From the NCBI GenBank assembly GCA_018268435.1, contig JAFDWP010000159.1, positions 1 through 62,214 of the forward strand: a stretch of DNA of 62,214 bases, written 5' to 3'. Positions 1 through 10,095 of the stretch are shown one piece after another. How positions within the stretch are numbered: the first letter of the stretch is position 1; the number at the start of each line of letters is the position of its first letter. Origin of the DNA: Actinomycetota bacterium. Lineage in GTDB: Bacteria > Actinomycetota > Actinomycetes > Actinomycetales > Microbacteriaceae. The notes beneath the pieces were generated by a model. That model did not search any database, was not told the DNA's origin, and saw nothing but the letters and a program-made list of their open reading frames with translations. The translations under genes and the position numbers were made by a program.

Positions 1-87
1 ACCCGGTGGCGGATGGGCTCGCGGAGCGACCCGGTGGCGGATCCGCCACCGGGTCGCTCCGCCACCGGGTCGCTCAGCGAGCCCATC
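1..87. repeat. Nested palindrome / repeat cluster
   Basis: Perfect 42-bp palindrome 21-62; 12-41 pairs with 58-87 (1 mismatch); ACCCGGTGGCGGAT at 1-14 and 29-42. Confidence 0.85.
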
Positions 88-261
88 GGCGTACGGAGCG
101 CGACGCCGTGCCTTGGCGCCGTCTCCGACCTCACGGCATGTCACCTTGTCCCGGAGGGCGGCGCAGCATCGTCGAGCTCGGTGGGACGTCGCGGTTCCCG
201 GCGGCTCGGTCCGGTTTTCGGCGTCCACCACATGTTCGGGGGTGGCCGACCGTCAGGTGTC

Positions 262-1332
262 TCAGGGTGGCGAGATGATCGAGCTGCAGGTGAGGGCGGC
301 GGAGAGGAGTGCGGGGTCAGGGGTGCGGGCGTAGGCGTCGAGGGCGGTGTCGGTGAACTTGATGACGTGCTCGTCGCCGTGCTCGGCGGCCCGGTCCATC
401 AGGTCCTGACCGTCGATGTCGGTGTCGATGTCGCGGGCGGGGTCCGGTGCGGGTGACCCGGATACCGGGGCGTAGGCCGCGGTGAGGGCCGCGCAGGCGG
501 CCCAGGTGGCGCCATAGCTGGGTTGCCACAGGTTTTGGGGCAGGGCCGGCAGGACCTTGCGCATGGCATTGGGGGCGGTGGCGACGTGTACGAGCAGAAC
601 CGGGCTGGCGAGTCCGTGGGTCGCGTAGCGACGGACGCCGACCTCGACGAGGCGGGCGAGTTCCTCGGGGACTGCGTCCGCATAGTCGGGTGCTCGGACG
701 CTGGCCAGGGCGGGGCTCCACCCCGGCATGTCGGCGAGTCTGGCCAGGCGGCTGCGGACGACACCGCTCTGGTCGGGCAACCGGGGCATCCGTGCGAGGG
801 CCTGGTCGGGGGCCAGGTCGCCGGAGGGTGCGACCAGGCCCGGCACGAAGATCGCGCGCGCCGCCCAGTAGCCCAAGGCGTGCGCCACCTCGTCGACCGC
901 GGCTTCGGAGTCGTCGCCGTCCAGCACACTCTTGACCGCGTGGCCGGTGCGGATCAGCCCGTGGGTCGAGGCTGACGCGATGGCCGGAAGCAGTCGTGGC
1001 CACCACTGCGTCAGCACGTCCTGCCAGGGCTGCTCGCGCACGGCCCGGCGGAACAGCGCGACCCAATCGCCCACCCGGTCGCGGTGTCCCATGGCGTCGG
1101 CCCAGGTGTCCTCTGTGATCCGGTCGGCCTCGTCGGGCATCGGCTCGAGGCGGTCGACATAGCGGTCGAGCCAGGTCTCGACACGGTCGCCGAGGCCGCG
1201 GCGGGTGAGGACCTCGACTGCCATCGGGCCATGGTTGCTCAACCCGTTCTCCCCGCCCTCGTCGCCGAACTCTGGCCCCCACGCGTGCAGCCGGGCGTAG
1301 GCCTCGTCGCGGACCTCCTTGCCGGCGGTCAC
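262..1332 (-). CDS. Questin oxidase-like (DUF4243) family protein
   Basis: GLSNHGPM, THGLIRTGHA and DEHVIKF motifs; GTG start overlaps upstream stop (GTGA 1329-1332). Confidence 0.75.
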   Translation of the reverse strand: MTAGKEVRDEAYARLHAWGPEFGDEGGENGLSNHGPMAVEVLTRRGLGDRVETWLDRYVDRLEPMPDEADRITEDTWADAMGHRDRVGDWVALFRRAVREQPWQDVLTQWWPRLLPAIASASTHGLIRTGHAVKSVLDGDDSEAAVDEVAHALGYWAARAIFVPGLVAPSGDLAPDQALARMPRLPDQSGVVRSRLARLADMPGWSPALASVRAPDYADAVPEELARLVEVGVRRYATHGLASPVLLVHVATAPNAMRKVLPALPQNLWQPSYGATWAACAALTAAYAPVSGSPAPDPARDIDTDIDGQDLMDRAAEHGDEHVIKFTDTALDAYARTPDPALLSAALTCSSIISPP

Positions 1333-1817
1333 GATGACTCCTTGGCGGGCTGGTAGGAGCCGACCTCCCAGGCGCGGGTGCTCACCCCGACGGCGTTCCA
1401 GGCGTTGATCGTGACCACCAACGCCACCAAGGCGGCCATCTCGTCGTCGTCGAAGTGCGCCGCGGTGGCAACATAGACCGCAGCGGGTACGTGGTCGCGT
1501 GCCATCAGCGTCATGGCCTCTGCGAAGGCGAGGGCGGCGCGCTCGCGGTCGTCGAAGAACGGGGCGTCTGGCCAGACCGGCAACGCCGCGAGGTGCTCGC
1601 CGGGCACGCCGGCGGCCTGCAGGTCCTTGGTGTGCATGTCGACGCAATAGGCGCAGCCGTTGACCTGAGAGACCCGCAGCCGCACCAAGTCGCGCAGGCG
1701 CGCGTCGAAGCCGACCCGCTCCACCTCCTTGCCTGTCGCGTTGTCCAAGTGGGCGAGAGCGTGGGAGAACCTCGATGCGCGGGCGTCGATGTCGAGTCGA
1801 GGCGGGATTTCGGTCAC
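1329..1817 (-). CDS. Carboxymuconolactone decarboxylase / AhpD family protein
   Basis: RVSQVNGCAYCVDMH and INAWN motifs; GAAGGAG RBS. Confidence 0.9.
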   Translation of the reverse strand: MTEIPPRLDIDARASRFSHALAHLDNATGKEVERVGFDARLRDLVRLRVSQVNGCAYCVDMHTKDLQAAGVPGEHLAALPVWPDAPFFDDRERAALAFAEAMTLMARDHVPAAVYVATAAHFDDDEMAALVALVVTINAWNAVGVSTRAWEVGSYQPAKESS

Positions 1818-1846
1818 GTGGGGCTCCTTCGTTGGCGCCGTCCGGG

Positions 1847-3168
1847 TCAGACGTCGGTGGACTCGGTCGTCTTGGTGGTCTTGGTGGTGGTCTGGCGGAT
1901 GTGCCCCGAGACGTGGGCGGCGGGCGTGAGCGTTCGCCCCAGGCGGCCACGGGTCCCAGCGCCAGGCCGGCGGCGGAGAAGATCGCGGCCAGGACGACCC
2001 AACCCGGGCCTGACCAGGTCAGCACCAGCGCGCTCAACAGCAGCGGACCGACCGAGCGGGCCAGGGGAAGGCCACTGGCGAAGAGGCCCTGCCACTGGCC
2101 CTGGCGCTGGGGGTCGGCGAGGGCAAACCCGATGTGCCAGGCGCCGGCACCGAGGAGCACCTCACCGACCACCTGGATGACGGCGCCCAGAGCCACGAGC
2201 GCGAGTGCCAACGAGGCACTTGCGGGCAGGGCGGCCGCGGCCAGCACCAGGCACGACGCGCCCATCGCCAAGCCGCCCCGCCGGGCCGCGCGCGCCGCCG
2301 TCGTGGTGTCGTGCACCGGGCGCGCCACCCGGACTTGAAGGGCGAGTACGCCAATGGTGTTGATCACGAAGACCAGTGCGACCGACCAGGCCGGTGCCAC
2401 GGTGCGCTGGACCAGGAACAGCGGCAGCACGACCGACAGCAGGGGCATGTAGAGGTAGAGGACCGCTGAAAGTGCGGCGGCAGACAGGTAGGGGCGATCA
2501 CCCAGCACACCATCGCGCAGCCCTTCGAGGACGCCGCCGAACACGCGTCGAGGCAGCCTCGTTCCTTGGTTCCCGGTCGTCGCCGGCGGTCGTCGCGGCA
2601 GGCCGTTGCCGGGCATCCCTGCGAGCAGGCAGGCTGCGACGACGAAGCCGGCGGCGTCGAGCCAGAGCACGGTGGTGTAGGCGCGGGTGGTTCCGATGGC
2701 CAGGGCGATGCCGGCGAGCCCCGCACCGAGACCTATCCCCGCGTTGATCGCCACGTGGAGTCGCGCGCGGACCGTGACCCGGTCCGCGGGCGGCACGAGC
2801 TCGGCGACCCACGCCTGACGAACGGCACCCAGGCCGCTCTGGGCGACGGCGTAGCCGATCAGGACGAGCAGGAAGAGACCGTGGTCGCGCACCTGCGTGG
2901 CCGCCACGAGGGTGCTCGCCACGATGAGGCTGAGTGTCACCCCGCTCAGCTTGAGACCGGCCCGGTCGGCGGCGGAGCCGACCGGCGCGCTGAGCAGGAA
3001 AGCCGCGCCCCACGCGATGCTCAGCCACAGACCGGTCATCGTGGCCGAGAGCCCCACAACCTGACTCAGGAACAGCGCCGAGGTGACATAGAAGCAGCCG
3101 TCGCCGACCGCACTCGTCGCCTGCGCAACGAGCAGGCGACGTGTGGACACCCGCACAGTCGCTTCCAT
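1847..3168 (-). CDS. MFS transporter; 3' end apparently frameshifted (own frame runs on to 262)
   Basis: About 12 hydrophobic helices, GSAADRAG loop motif; no in-frame stop after the last helix, alternative frame stops at 1847. Confidence 0.7.
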
Positions 3169-3206
3169 GGAAGCGAGATTACTTCTCGGGAAGGTACATT
3201 TCAACC

Positions 3207-3716
3207 ATGTCCACCGACGAGATGCCCGCCGACCCCGTCGTCCAGATAGTCGATCAGTGGGCCCGTCAGCGGCCCGACCTTGATGCCTCCCCGATCCTCG
3301 TCGTGGGCAGGATCGCGCGCGTCGATGCCAAGCTGGAGGCCGCGTTGCGACCACCGTTCGAGGCCGAGGGACTAGCCAACGGCGACTTCGACGTGCTCGC
3401 CGCCCTGCGCCGGGCCGGCGAGGCGTCCGCCCTCCGCCCGGCCGAGCTCAGCCGCGCTCTGCTCGTGACGACGGGCGCGATCACCAAGCGGCTGCACCGG
3501 CTCGAACAGCGCGACCTGGTTCGCCGCGACTCCGATGGCGTCGACGACGGGCGGGGCAAACTGGTCCGCCTCACGCCCGCCGGACGACGCCTCGTCGACC
3601 GGCTGCTCCCCACCCACCTGGCCAACGAGGACCGGCTGCTCGCCGCCCTCAACCCCGACGAGCGCGCGAGGCTGGCGGAACTGCTCGCCAGGCTCGACGC
3701 CTCGCTGACGGGTTGA
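3207..3716 (+). CDS. MarR family transcriptional regulator
   Basis: FDVLAALRR, TGAITKRLHRLE, DGRGKLVRLT; divergent from the MFS gene. Confidence 0.9.
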   Translation: MSTDEMPADPVVQIVDQWARQRPDLDASPILVVGRIARVDAKLEAALRPPFEAEGLANGDFDVLAALRRAGEASALRPAELSRALLVTTGAITKRLHRLEQRDLVRRDSDGVDDGRGKLVRLTPAGRRLVDRLLPTHLANEDRLLAALNPDERARLAELLARLDASLTG

Positions 3717-3775
3717 AGTCCCGCGAGTCCGACCTTCCGACGCGAAACCCGGGCTCAGCGGCTGACCCGAGCGCG

Positions 3776-4381
3776 TCAGGTGCTGGGTCGGGCCGCCGTC
3801 TGGACTCGGTACTGCACCACGACAGCCTCAGATCCGTCGAACCGCCGCACGTCGAGCAGGTGCAGGTCGGTCTCGGGGACGTCGGTGAACGCCCGGGCAT
3901 CGCCGGCCACGAGTCTGGGCCCGAGCATCAGGTGCAGCTCGTCGACCAGCCCGTGGCGGAGCAGGTCGGTCCACACCGTCTGGCTGCCGAACACGACCAC
4001 ATCCCCCTCTCCGGTCGCTTCGCGAAGCTGCTCGACCGCACGATGCGCCTCGGACCGAGGGACGACCGTGGTCTGCTCCCGCCAAGGACCGGTCTCCGCC
4101 CCGGTCAGTGAGTCGGAGACGACCGTGATCGGCATCCTTGCGGCGTAGCGTTCGGCGATCTCGCGATCCGCAGGCGACACCTCGGCCGCCGCCGCCGTGG
4201 GCCAGTATCCGACCATCTGCCGGTAGGTCGTCGCGCCCACCAGAAGTCTCCGGGCCGCGCGCACCCGCTCGGCGTTGTACATGCTGAACGCGCCGTCCAT
4301 CGGCATCGCCGCCAAGTCGCCACGCCGCCCTGTCGAGTAGCCATCGACGCTCAGCATGGTCGTCACGATGATTCGACTCAT
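3776..4381 (-). CDS. Dihydrofolate reductase / RibD C-terminal family protein
   Basis: SVDGY, GATTY, GDVVVFGS, GLVDELHL motifs. Confidence 0.85.
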   Translation of the reverse strand: MSRIIVTTMLSVDGYSTGRRGDLAAMPMDGAFSMYNAERVRAARRLLVGATTYRQMVGYWPTAAAAEVSPADREIAERYAARMPITVVSDSLTGAETGPWREQTTVVPRSEAHRAVEQLREATGEGDVVVFGSQTVWTDLLRHGLVDELHLMLGPRLVAGDARAFTDVPETDLHLLDVRRFDGSEAVVVQYRVQTAARPST

Positions 4382-4749
4382 CTCAATCCATCTCCTCGAA
4401 CCCGCGCAGCCCCGCTGGCTGCTCGCACAACTGGGACGTAGCGACCCTCAGGATCTCGACGTCAACCACGCCCTTACTTCATCACCACACATCATCCATC
4501 GTGTGGCGGCCAGTCGGGATATCTCTCGACCGCAAGCCGAACCCTCCACGGTGAAGACGCAGGCCAGCACACACGCCGCGACTCATGCGTCCCGGATGCC
4601 CCGCCCGGCGAGGTTCTCGGTGACGGCTGCCCTTTCGGGACGCGCGACACGCTTCCCAACGCAGTCTTCGAACCTGAGTGCTCTCCTTGGGACGAGGCCC
4701 TTGCGTATGCTCAGGTTCGTCGCAGAACCGTCAAATTTCGCGCGAACTT

Positions 4750-6234
4750 CTAAAGGGCCCCGGTCATGCGGGCGGTGGTGTCGAACGCGGCCAACTCGGC
4801 AGGGTGGAGCTGGTGCTGCACGACGAAACTCCGGTCCTTGATCCGCCACAGGCCTTGCCCGGTGCCCAGGCCGGGCAGCAGGCGCTGCTCGGTGCCGGTC
4901 AGCCCGAGCGCCTGCGCGGTCACGCCCAACTGGTCGCTTTCCTGGCGGTAGATGATCCTGGTCTCGGCATTCGCCAGCAGGCTGTTCGCCAGCGCCCGGT
5001 TCGCCGAACCCACATCGCCCACATTCTCCAGGTCGCTCAACTTGTGAAAGACGAGCAGATTCGCCAGCCCATAGTGGCGGGCGAGCCTCCAGTGGGCGTC
5101 CATCCTTCTCAGCAGGGACGGATGCGACATGAGCCTCCACGCCTCGTCGTACACGACCCACCGGCGCCCGCCGTGCGGGTCGAGCAGGGCGGCTTCCATC
5201 CATGCCGATGAACAGGTCATCAGGACGCTGATGAGTGTGGAGTTCTCCGTCACCCGGGACAGGTCGAGGCTGACCATCGGCAGCGACGGATCGAACTTCA
5301 CCGTGCTCGGCCCGTCGAATAAGCCGCTGAGGTCACCGAGCACCAGGCGGCGCAGGGCGTGGCCGACTTGGCGGCTGTCCTCTGCAAGTCGGCCGTCCGG
5401 GTCGTCGGCGGGGTCGGGGCGCAGCAGTCGGTCGACCACCATCGGCAGGATTGGCACGTCCGCGCTGCGCACCGCGCCGGCTAGGGCGGTGTCGATGGCG
5501 GTGTGCTCCAAGGGTGCGAGCCGTCGATCCAGCACCGTCTCTGTCAGGGCTCCGAGCAGATCGCGCCGCCGGGCGGCGAGGGTGGTGGCCCACTCCTGGT
5601 CGGAGAGGCCGCTGGGTCGGTATCCCTCATCGAGCGGGTTGAGGCGGGTGCCCATCCCGTGTCCGAGGATGATGGCCTTCCCGCCGACCGCCTCGGCGAC
5701 GCCGGTGTGTTCCCCTTTCGGGTCGCCCGGGACGTACACCCGGTAACCGAAGGGCAGGCTGCGGGTGTAGAGGCTCTTGGCGAGCGACGACTTCCCGCTG
5801 CCGACGATCCCGGCGAGGATCAGGTTGGGTGCGGTGATGATGCCCCGCTGGTACAAGACCCAGGGGTCATAGACGAAGCTCGACCCGCTATAGAGGTCTT
5901 GGCCGATGAACACGCCGGAGGCTCCGAGCCCGGCTTCGGCCAGGAATGGGTACTGCCCGGCCAACACGGCGCTCGTGTCCTGATGCCGGGGCAGCCGGAA
6001 CCGGCCGGGGGTCCGCAGGGTCGCCGGTCCGGCCTCCCCGGCAGCGGGCAGATAGACGGTGGCACGGCGTTCGGCCCGCTCCGCGTCGGCCTTGGCCCGC
6101 GCGGCTTCCTTCTCCGCCTGGTGCTGTTCGGCGATCAGGCGGGCGGCGGCCTGCCGACGCTGCTTGCGCAGCCGGCGCCGCTCGGATGCGGGCGCGACGA
6201 GGACGGCGGTGTGCAGCTTCTCGTCCCGGCTCAC
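4750..6234 (-). CDS. VirB4-like conjugative ATPase
   Basis: Walker A GIVGSGKS, DPKGE, Walker B VVYDEAW, RHYG motif. Confidence 0.85.
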   Translation of the reverse strand: MSRDEKLHTAVLVAPASERRRLRKQRRQAAARLIAEQHQAEKEAARAKADAERAERRATVYLPAAGEAGPATLRTPGRFRLPRHQDTSAVLAGQYPFLAEAGLGASGVFIGQDLYSGSSFVYDPWVLYQRGIITAPNLILAGIVGSGKSSLAKSLYTRSLPFGYRVYVPGDPKGEHTGVAEAVGGKAIILGHGMGTRLNPLDEGYRPSGLSDQEWATTLAARRRDLLGALTETVLDRRLAPLEHTAIDTALAGAVRSADVPILPMVVDRLLRPDPADDPDGRLAEDSRQVGHALRRLVLGDLSGLFDGPSTVKFDPSLPMVSLDLSRVTENSTLISVLMTCSSAWMEAALLDPHGGRRWVVYDEAWRLMSHPSLLRRMDAHWRLARHYGLANLLVFHKLSDLENVGDVGSANRALANSLLANAETRIIYRQESDQLGVTAQALGLTGTEQRLLPGLGTGQGLWRIKDRSFVVQHQLHPAELAAFDTTARMTGAL

Positions 6235-7025
6235 AGCGACAAACCCCGCGCCTGCTTGACCGCGGTGATGCTGGCCGGCTCGAACCAGCCCCCGTCGCGG
6301 ACAGTGCCGCGCCGCGCCGTCGCCTCCCGCCCGGTGCTCCTGGAGGCCGGGACCCGTGCCGTGGCGGGCTCGTCGGGTTCGAGGGCGTCTTCGGCGGGGA
6401 TCAGGTGCCGCCGGTAGAGGGCCACGTGCCCGGCGACGGCGTTGTAGGTCATCACGTAGTCGCCAGTCTCGGCCTGCCCGTCGCCCGGATAGACCGGGGC
6501 GGCGTCATGCACATCGCCATTGACCATCGCGGCGTCGGTCGTCTCCTGCCCGTAGTCCCACCCGGACAGATTCTCGATCCCCGCTTCCACCCCCTGGGCG
6601 TCGATCAGGTCGAGCGTCTGGTCGGCGTCCTCGCCTTGCAGGAACACGACCCCGATCCACCGCTCCACCAGCCGGGTTCCGGGGCTCCAGACGATCCGTC
6701 CGGAATGGGTCATGGCGGCGTTGAGGCGGTCGTGTGCCTGGTCGATGAGCGTTGCGGCCTGGTGCAGCTCATCGGCCGCGGCTAGCGCCTCGACCGCGCC
6801 GCCGGCGTACTCGCGGGCTTCGTCGGTCACCTGGTGCCGATGGGTCAGGTGCACGGCGGCGAGCTGATCCATGACCTGCCGCAGCGACCGCATCCCGGCG
6901 AGCAGGTCACCGATCACCGGGTAGGTGTCGGACGGGTTCTCGAAGACGCGGCTGGCGTGCGCGAGCCCGCGCAGCGCCTCGTGGGCTTCGTCCGCGTCGG
7001 CGGTCGGGTTGCTGAACGTGGGCAT
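6231..7025 (-). CDS. Hypothetical ICE protein
   Basis: 264-aa ORF, GGAGG RBS, GTGA coupling to the VirB4-like gene. Confidence 0.7.
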   Translation of the reverse strand: MPTFSNPTADADEAHEALRGLAHASRVFENPSDTYPVIGDLLAGMRSLRQVMDQLAAVHLTHRHQVTDEAREYAGGAVEALAAADELHQAATLIDQAHDRLNAAMTHSGRIVWSPGTRLVERWIGVVFLQGEDADQTLDLIDAQGVEAGIENLSGWDYGQETTDAAMVNGDVHDAAPVYPGDGQAETGDYVMTYNAVAGHVALYRRHLIPAEDALEPDEPATARVPASRSTGREATARRGTVRDGGWFEPASITAVKQARGLSL

Positions 7026-7104
7026 CGCGGGCCTCCCTCTGTGGTGTGCGAGGAAGGTGCGATCTGGCCTTCACGATGTGTGCGGTCGTCGCGAGGGCGA
7101 CGGC

Positions 7105-7590
7105 CTACGGTGAGCTGGCTGCGGCGCGGATATAGATACCAATGCCAATCAGCAGGAGCGCCCCGTAAAAGGGCAGGATCGACCATGAGGACCACACGCT
7201 CCATGCGGGAAACCAACGACCGATCACGGTCCGCAGTCGCTGGCGCCAAGTCGCGGCTGCTGGGATTGGATCGTCGGCTTCCGAAGGGTCTAGCGAGAAC
7301 AATGGAACTTCTCGGGTTCCCTTCGCCACTGTGTCGTAGAGGTGTCGGTAGGCCCGCTCTTGGCGCAGGTAGTTGGCGTCGAGAAACATGAACAGCGCGA
7401 CGGCGGCGAGTCCGAGCAGAGTGACGGCCCGCGAGTGCTGGGTGAGAGCGAATCCATAGGTCGCAGTCACGACCGGGAGCAACCATCCCTTCGCGCCGGA
7501 CGAAGCGGCTGACATGCGCGTAACGACGGCTTGGATGAAGTCCAAGTGCTTGCGCCGGTCTTCGTCTGAGGGGCGGCTTGAGTCAGTCAC
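7105..7590 (-). CDS. Three-helix membrane protein, candidate TIR-linked effector
   Basis: KHLDFIQAVVTRM..S...KGW N-terminus, three hydrophobic segments; GTGA overlap with HIT gene. Confidence 0.75.
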   Translation of the reverse strand: MTDSSRPSDEDRRKHLDFIQAVVTRMSAASSGAKGWLLPVVTATYGFALTQHSRAVTLLGLAAVALFMFLDANYLRQERAYRHLYDTVAKGTREVPLFSLDPSEADDPIPAAATWRQRLRTVIGRWFPAWSVWSSWSILPFYGALLLIGIGIYIRAAASSP

Positions 7591-8033
7591 GTCGCCCTCA
7601 CCGCTCTACACTCGGCGCGAAGCCGTTCCCAGGCATCGTCTTTTTGTTCGTTTGTGTAGTCGGTCTCGGGCGGCCAGATACGACCGATTGGGTCGCCCTC
7701 CCAGCGGGGAACGAGGTGGACATGCAGATGGAACACGGTCTGGCTCGCGGCCCTGCCGTTCGATTGGATGATGTTCAGCCCTTGCGGGTTGATGGCTCGC
7801 CTGACAGCGGCCGCGAGTTGCGTCGTCACGGCTGCCAACTGTTCTGCAGTCGCTCGGTCGAGGGACCAGATGTCGGCGATGTGTTGACGGGGAATGACAA
7901 GGGTGTGCCCGAGCGTCGCGGGATTGGTTGGGAAGAAGGCCACCACATTCTGGTCGCGGTAGACCTCGCGCGCGTCGGGATCATCGCGGTTGACAATCTC
8001 GCAGAAGGGGCAGTCAGGATCGCTTGTAGGCAT
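7587..8033 (-). CDS. HIT family nucleotide hydrolase
   Basis: CPFC, GHTLVIP, histidine triad HLHVHLV; start overlaps TIR gene end by 20 nt. Confidence 0.92.
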   Translation of the reverse strand: MPTSDPDCPFCEIVNRDDPDAREVYRDQNVVAFFPTNPATLGHTLVIPRQHIADIWSLDRATAEQLAAVTTQLAAAVRRAINPQGLNIIQSNGRAASQTVFHLHVHLVPRWEGDPIGRIWPPETDYTNEQKDDAWERLRAECRAVRAT

Positions 8034-8499
8034 TGTTGACCCATGTCGTGATGTTTGCCTTGATGTCCGCGTACACAGCCTGGCTATTCGAGCCGCTGGG
8101 GTTGTAGACCGGCACATAGTCTCCGACCGTGCCGCCGCCCTTCAACGAGACCTTGCTGAACGGGTTCTCCCCGAATGAGTCGGTATGGCCGTTGCGGTCG
8201 GCCAACCCGTGGATGCGGATGCCAACAAGCGGCTTGTGGTTGTCCCAGGCGTAGGCGATTTCGTGTCGGACCCAGGGACGACTGGCGGTTTGAGCGCCGA
8301 TCAGGACCACGACTGCCGACTTATATGCCATCTGGTCGGCGATCCACTTCTTGATCGCCGCGTCGCCCTGGCGCTTGACTTCCTCCCACTGTTGCGCGTT
8401 GAGGATGGGCTGGCCCTCCAGGGCACCCATCTGGATCACCTGCTGCACGCGCCATGCGTCGCGGTCGTAGTGGAAGCTGTAGAAGACTGACTTGGCCAT
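8014..8499 (-). CDS. TIR-domain protein (ThsB / DUF1863-like)
   Basis: VFYSFHYDRD, WEEVK, VVVLIG..TASRPWVRHEI with catalytic Glu, GIRIH. Confidence 0.88.
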   Translation of the reverse strand: MAKSVFYSFHYDRDAWRVQQVIQMGALEGQPILNAQQWEEVKRQGDAAIKKWIADQMAYKSAVVVLIGAQTASRPWVRHEIAYAWDNHKPLVGIRIHGLADRNGHTDSFGENPFSKVSLKGGGTVGDYVPVYNPSGSNSQAVYADIKANITTWVNNAYKRS

Positions 8500-8622
8500 G
8501 CTGGACTCTCCCGGGTGCGCGGTCGAGCCTTTCTCGGACCGTTGGATTAAGCCTACGGTCGGCCACCGACAGCCGATGGGCTTCCGATAAGGGCGCCACT
8601 TGCCCGCGTCGATTCGATCAGC

Positions 8623-10089
8623 TCAGACCTGACGGCACAACGGCAGCGCCGCCGCCGTGAAAGCCACCGCCTGCTGACCGACGAGCCGCCGCGTCTCGCA
8701 GGAGGCTTGGATGGCGGCTTGCTCGATCGCGGCGACCGCGGCTTCCAGTTCGTCGAGGCTGGCCGCGGACACGCTGATGAGCCCGGACACGCGCAGTACC
8801 CCGTGGCCGGCGGTCAGGTCGGCCTCTTGTTGCAGCACGTCTTGGTATTCGGCGGTCTGGCTGGCGTCCTCGATCTGTCCCATCCGCGCCCGCTGGGTCG
8901 CGTCCGAGATGTGTTCGACCTTCTTCTTGCGGATGTCACGGGCCGCCGCGTCGCTTCGCATGGGCGTGTAGATCAGCGACATCGACCGTTGGATGCCGGT
9001 GGACAGCAGCACCGGGGCGAGGAACCCCGGATAGACCATGCTCCGGGGCCATTCCGACACCCACAGGACGGTGTGCCAGGCCGAGTCGGTGCGCAGGGTG
9101 CCCCAGGTCTCGGTGACCGCGACCGGGCCGGCGGCGGCCAGTTCCTGCCCGATCCGGCCGTGCCGTTCCAGCGTGGCCGCGACGGCCGGGTCGTAGGCGG
9201 ACCGTAAGATCACCGCGACCTGTCCGGGACCGAGCCACCCGGAGGGGGTGAGGTCGGCCGAGCGCAGCGCGGCGACCAGGGTCGCCATCTCCTGCCGGAG
9301 CACCGCGGCGGCGCCACGGAGGCCACCGCCGGCGGTCCTGATCTGCCGCGCAGCCGTCTTCATGTCCAGGCTCAGCGACAGCGTGGTCGAGTGGCGCTCC
9401 CCAGCGGGACCGGCCCGCTGGATCAACTCCGCATAGGTCGTCGCCGCCCACGAGCCATCCGTGGTGCCGTGCTCGGCCCACCACTCGGCCAGCCCGCTCC
9501 CGGAGTCCGGCAGGGTCCGCTCCAGCAGTTGCAGCGTCGCGATCCGCCCGGAACGACAGACCGTCGCGAGCACCCGCCCCCAGGACGTGACCCGGCGTTC
9601 CTGCTCGCCGGGATCGAGCAGCACGAACGCGGGATGGGTGACCTCGCAGACCACGGTGAGGGTGCCTTGGCGAGCGTCGTGGATCATGCACGCCCCGGTC
9701 TCGGGGTCCACATGCTCCCGTAGCCTCGCCATGTCGCCGGGCAGGGCGAGGCTTCCGGCGGGGCGGGGTTTCACGATTCGCCGCCGGTACAGCAGTTGCC
9801 CGCCGGTGGAGCGCCACAGCCACCAGACCGCGACCGGCAGCCATTCGACCATCGGCCGGCGGGCGACGGGCACCCAGGTCAGCACCGCGGCGAGCACCCA
9901 CACCGGGGCGGTGTAGGCCAGCAGCATCCCGGCGCCGCCGTAGAACGCGGCCAGCACGGTGAGCCCGCCGATGCCGAGGGTGACGAGCTGCGCGACCGAC
10001 AGGCCCAGCAGTACGCCGCGGCGGGTGAGTCGGCTGAACTTCACCGGCGTCAGCTCTCCACCCGGCGCCTTCTGCTCTCTCGTGGGCAT
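8623..10089 (-). CDS. PrgI / SCO6880-family conjugation membrane protein
   Basis: RRGVLLGLS then TM helices, WVSEWPR, FTAAALPL; position in tra cluster. Confidence 0.75.
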   Translation of the reverse strand: MPTREQKAPGGELTPVKFSRLTRRGVLLGLSVAQLVTLGIGGLTVLAAFYGGAGMLLAYTAPVWVLAAVLTWVPVARRPMVEWLPVAVWWLWRSTGGQLLYRRRIVKPRPAGSLALPGDMARLREHVDPETGACMIHDARQGTLTVVCEVTHPAFVLLDPGEQERRVTSWGRVLATVCRSGRIATLQLLERTLPDSGSGLAEWWAEHGTTDGSWAATTYAELIQRAGPAGERHSTTLSLSLDMKTAARQIRTAGGGLRGAAAVLRQEMATLVAALRSADLTPSGWLGPGQVAVILRSAYDPAVAATLERHGRIGQELAAAGPVAVTETWGTLRTDSAWHTVLWVSEWPRSMVYPGFLAPVLLSTGIQRSMSLIYTPMRSDAAARDIRKKKVEHISDATQRARMGQIEDASQTAEYQDVLQQEADLTAGHGVLRVSGLISVSAASLDELEAAVAAIEQAAIQASCETRRLVGQQAVAFTAAALPLCRQV

Positions 10090-10095
10090 GGCCGG

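Noticed and set aside
1-87. Possible CRISPR array
   Set aside because: Repeats are inverted or overlapping, with no unique spacers and no cas genes
3178-3197. MarR operator CTTC-N4-GAAG
   Set aside because: Dyad too short to support on its own
7105-8499. Canonical Thoeris type I or II call
   Set aside because: No SIR2-SLOG or Macro-domain ThsA visible
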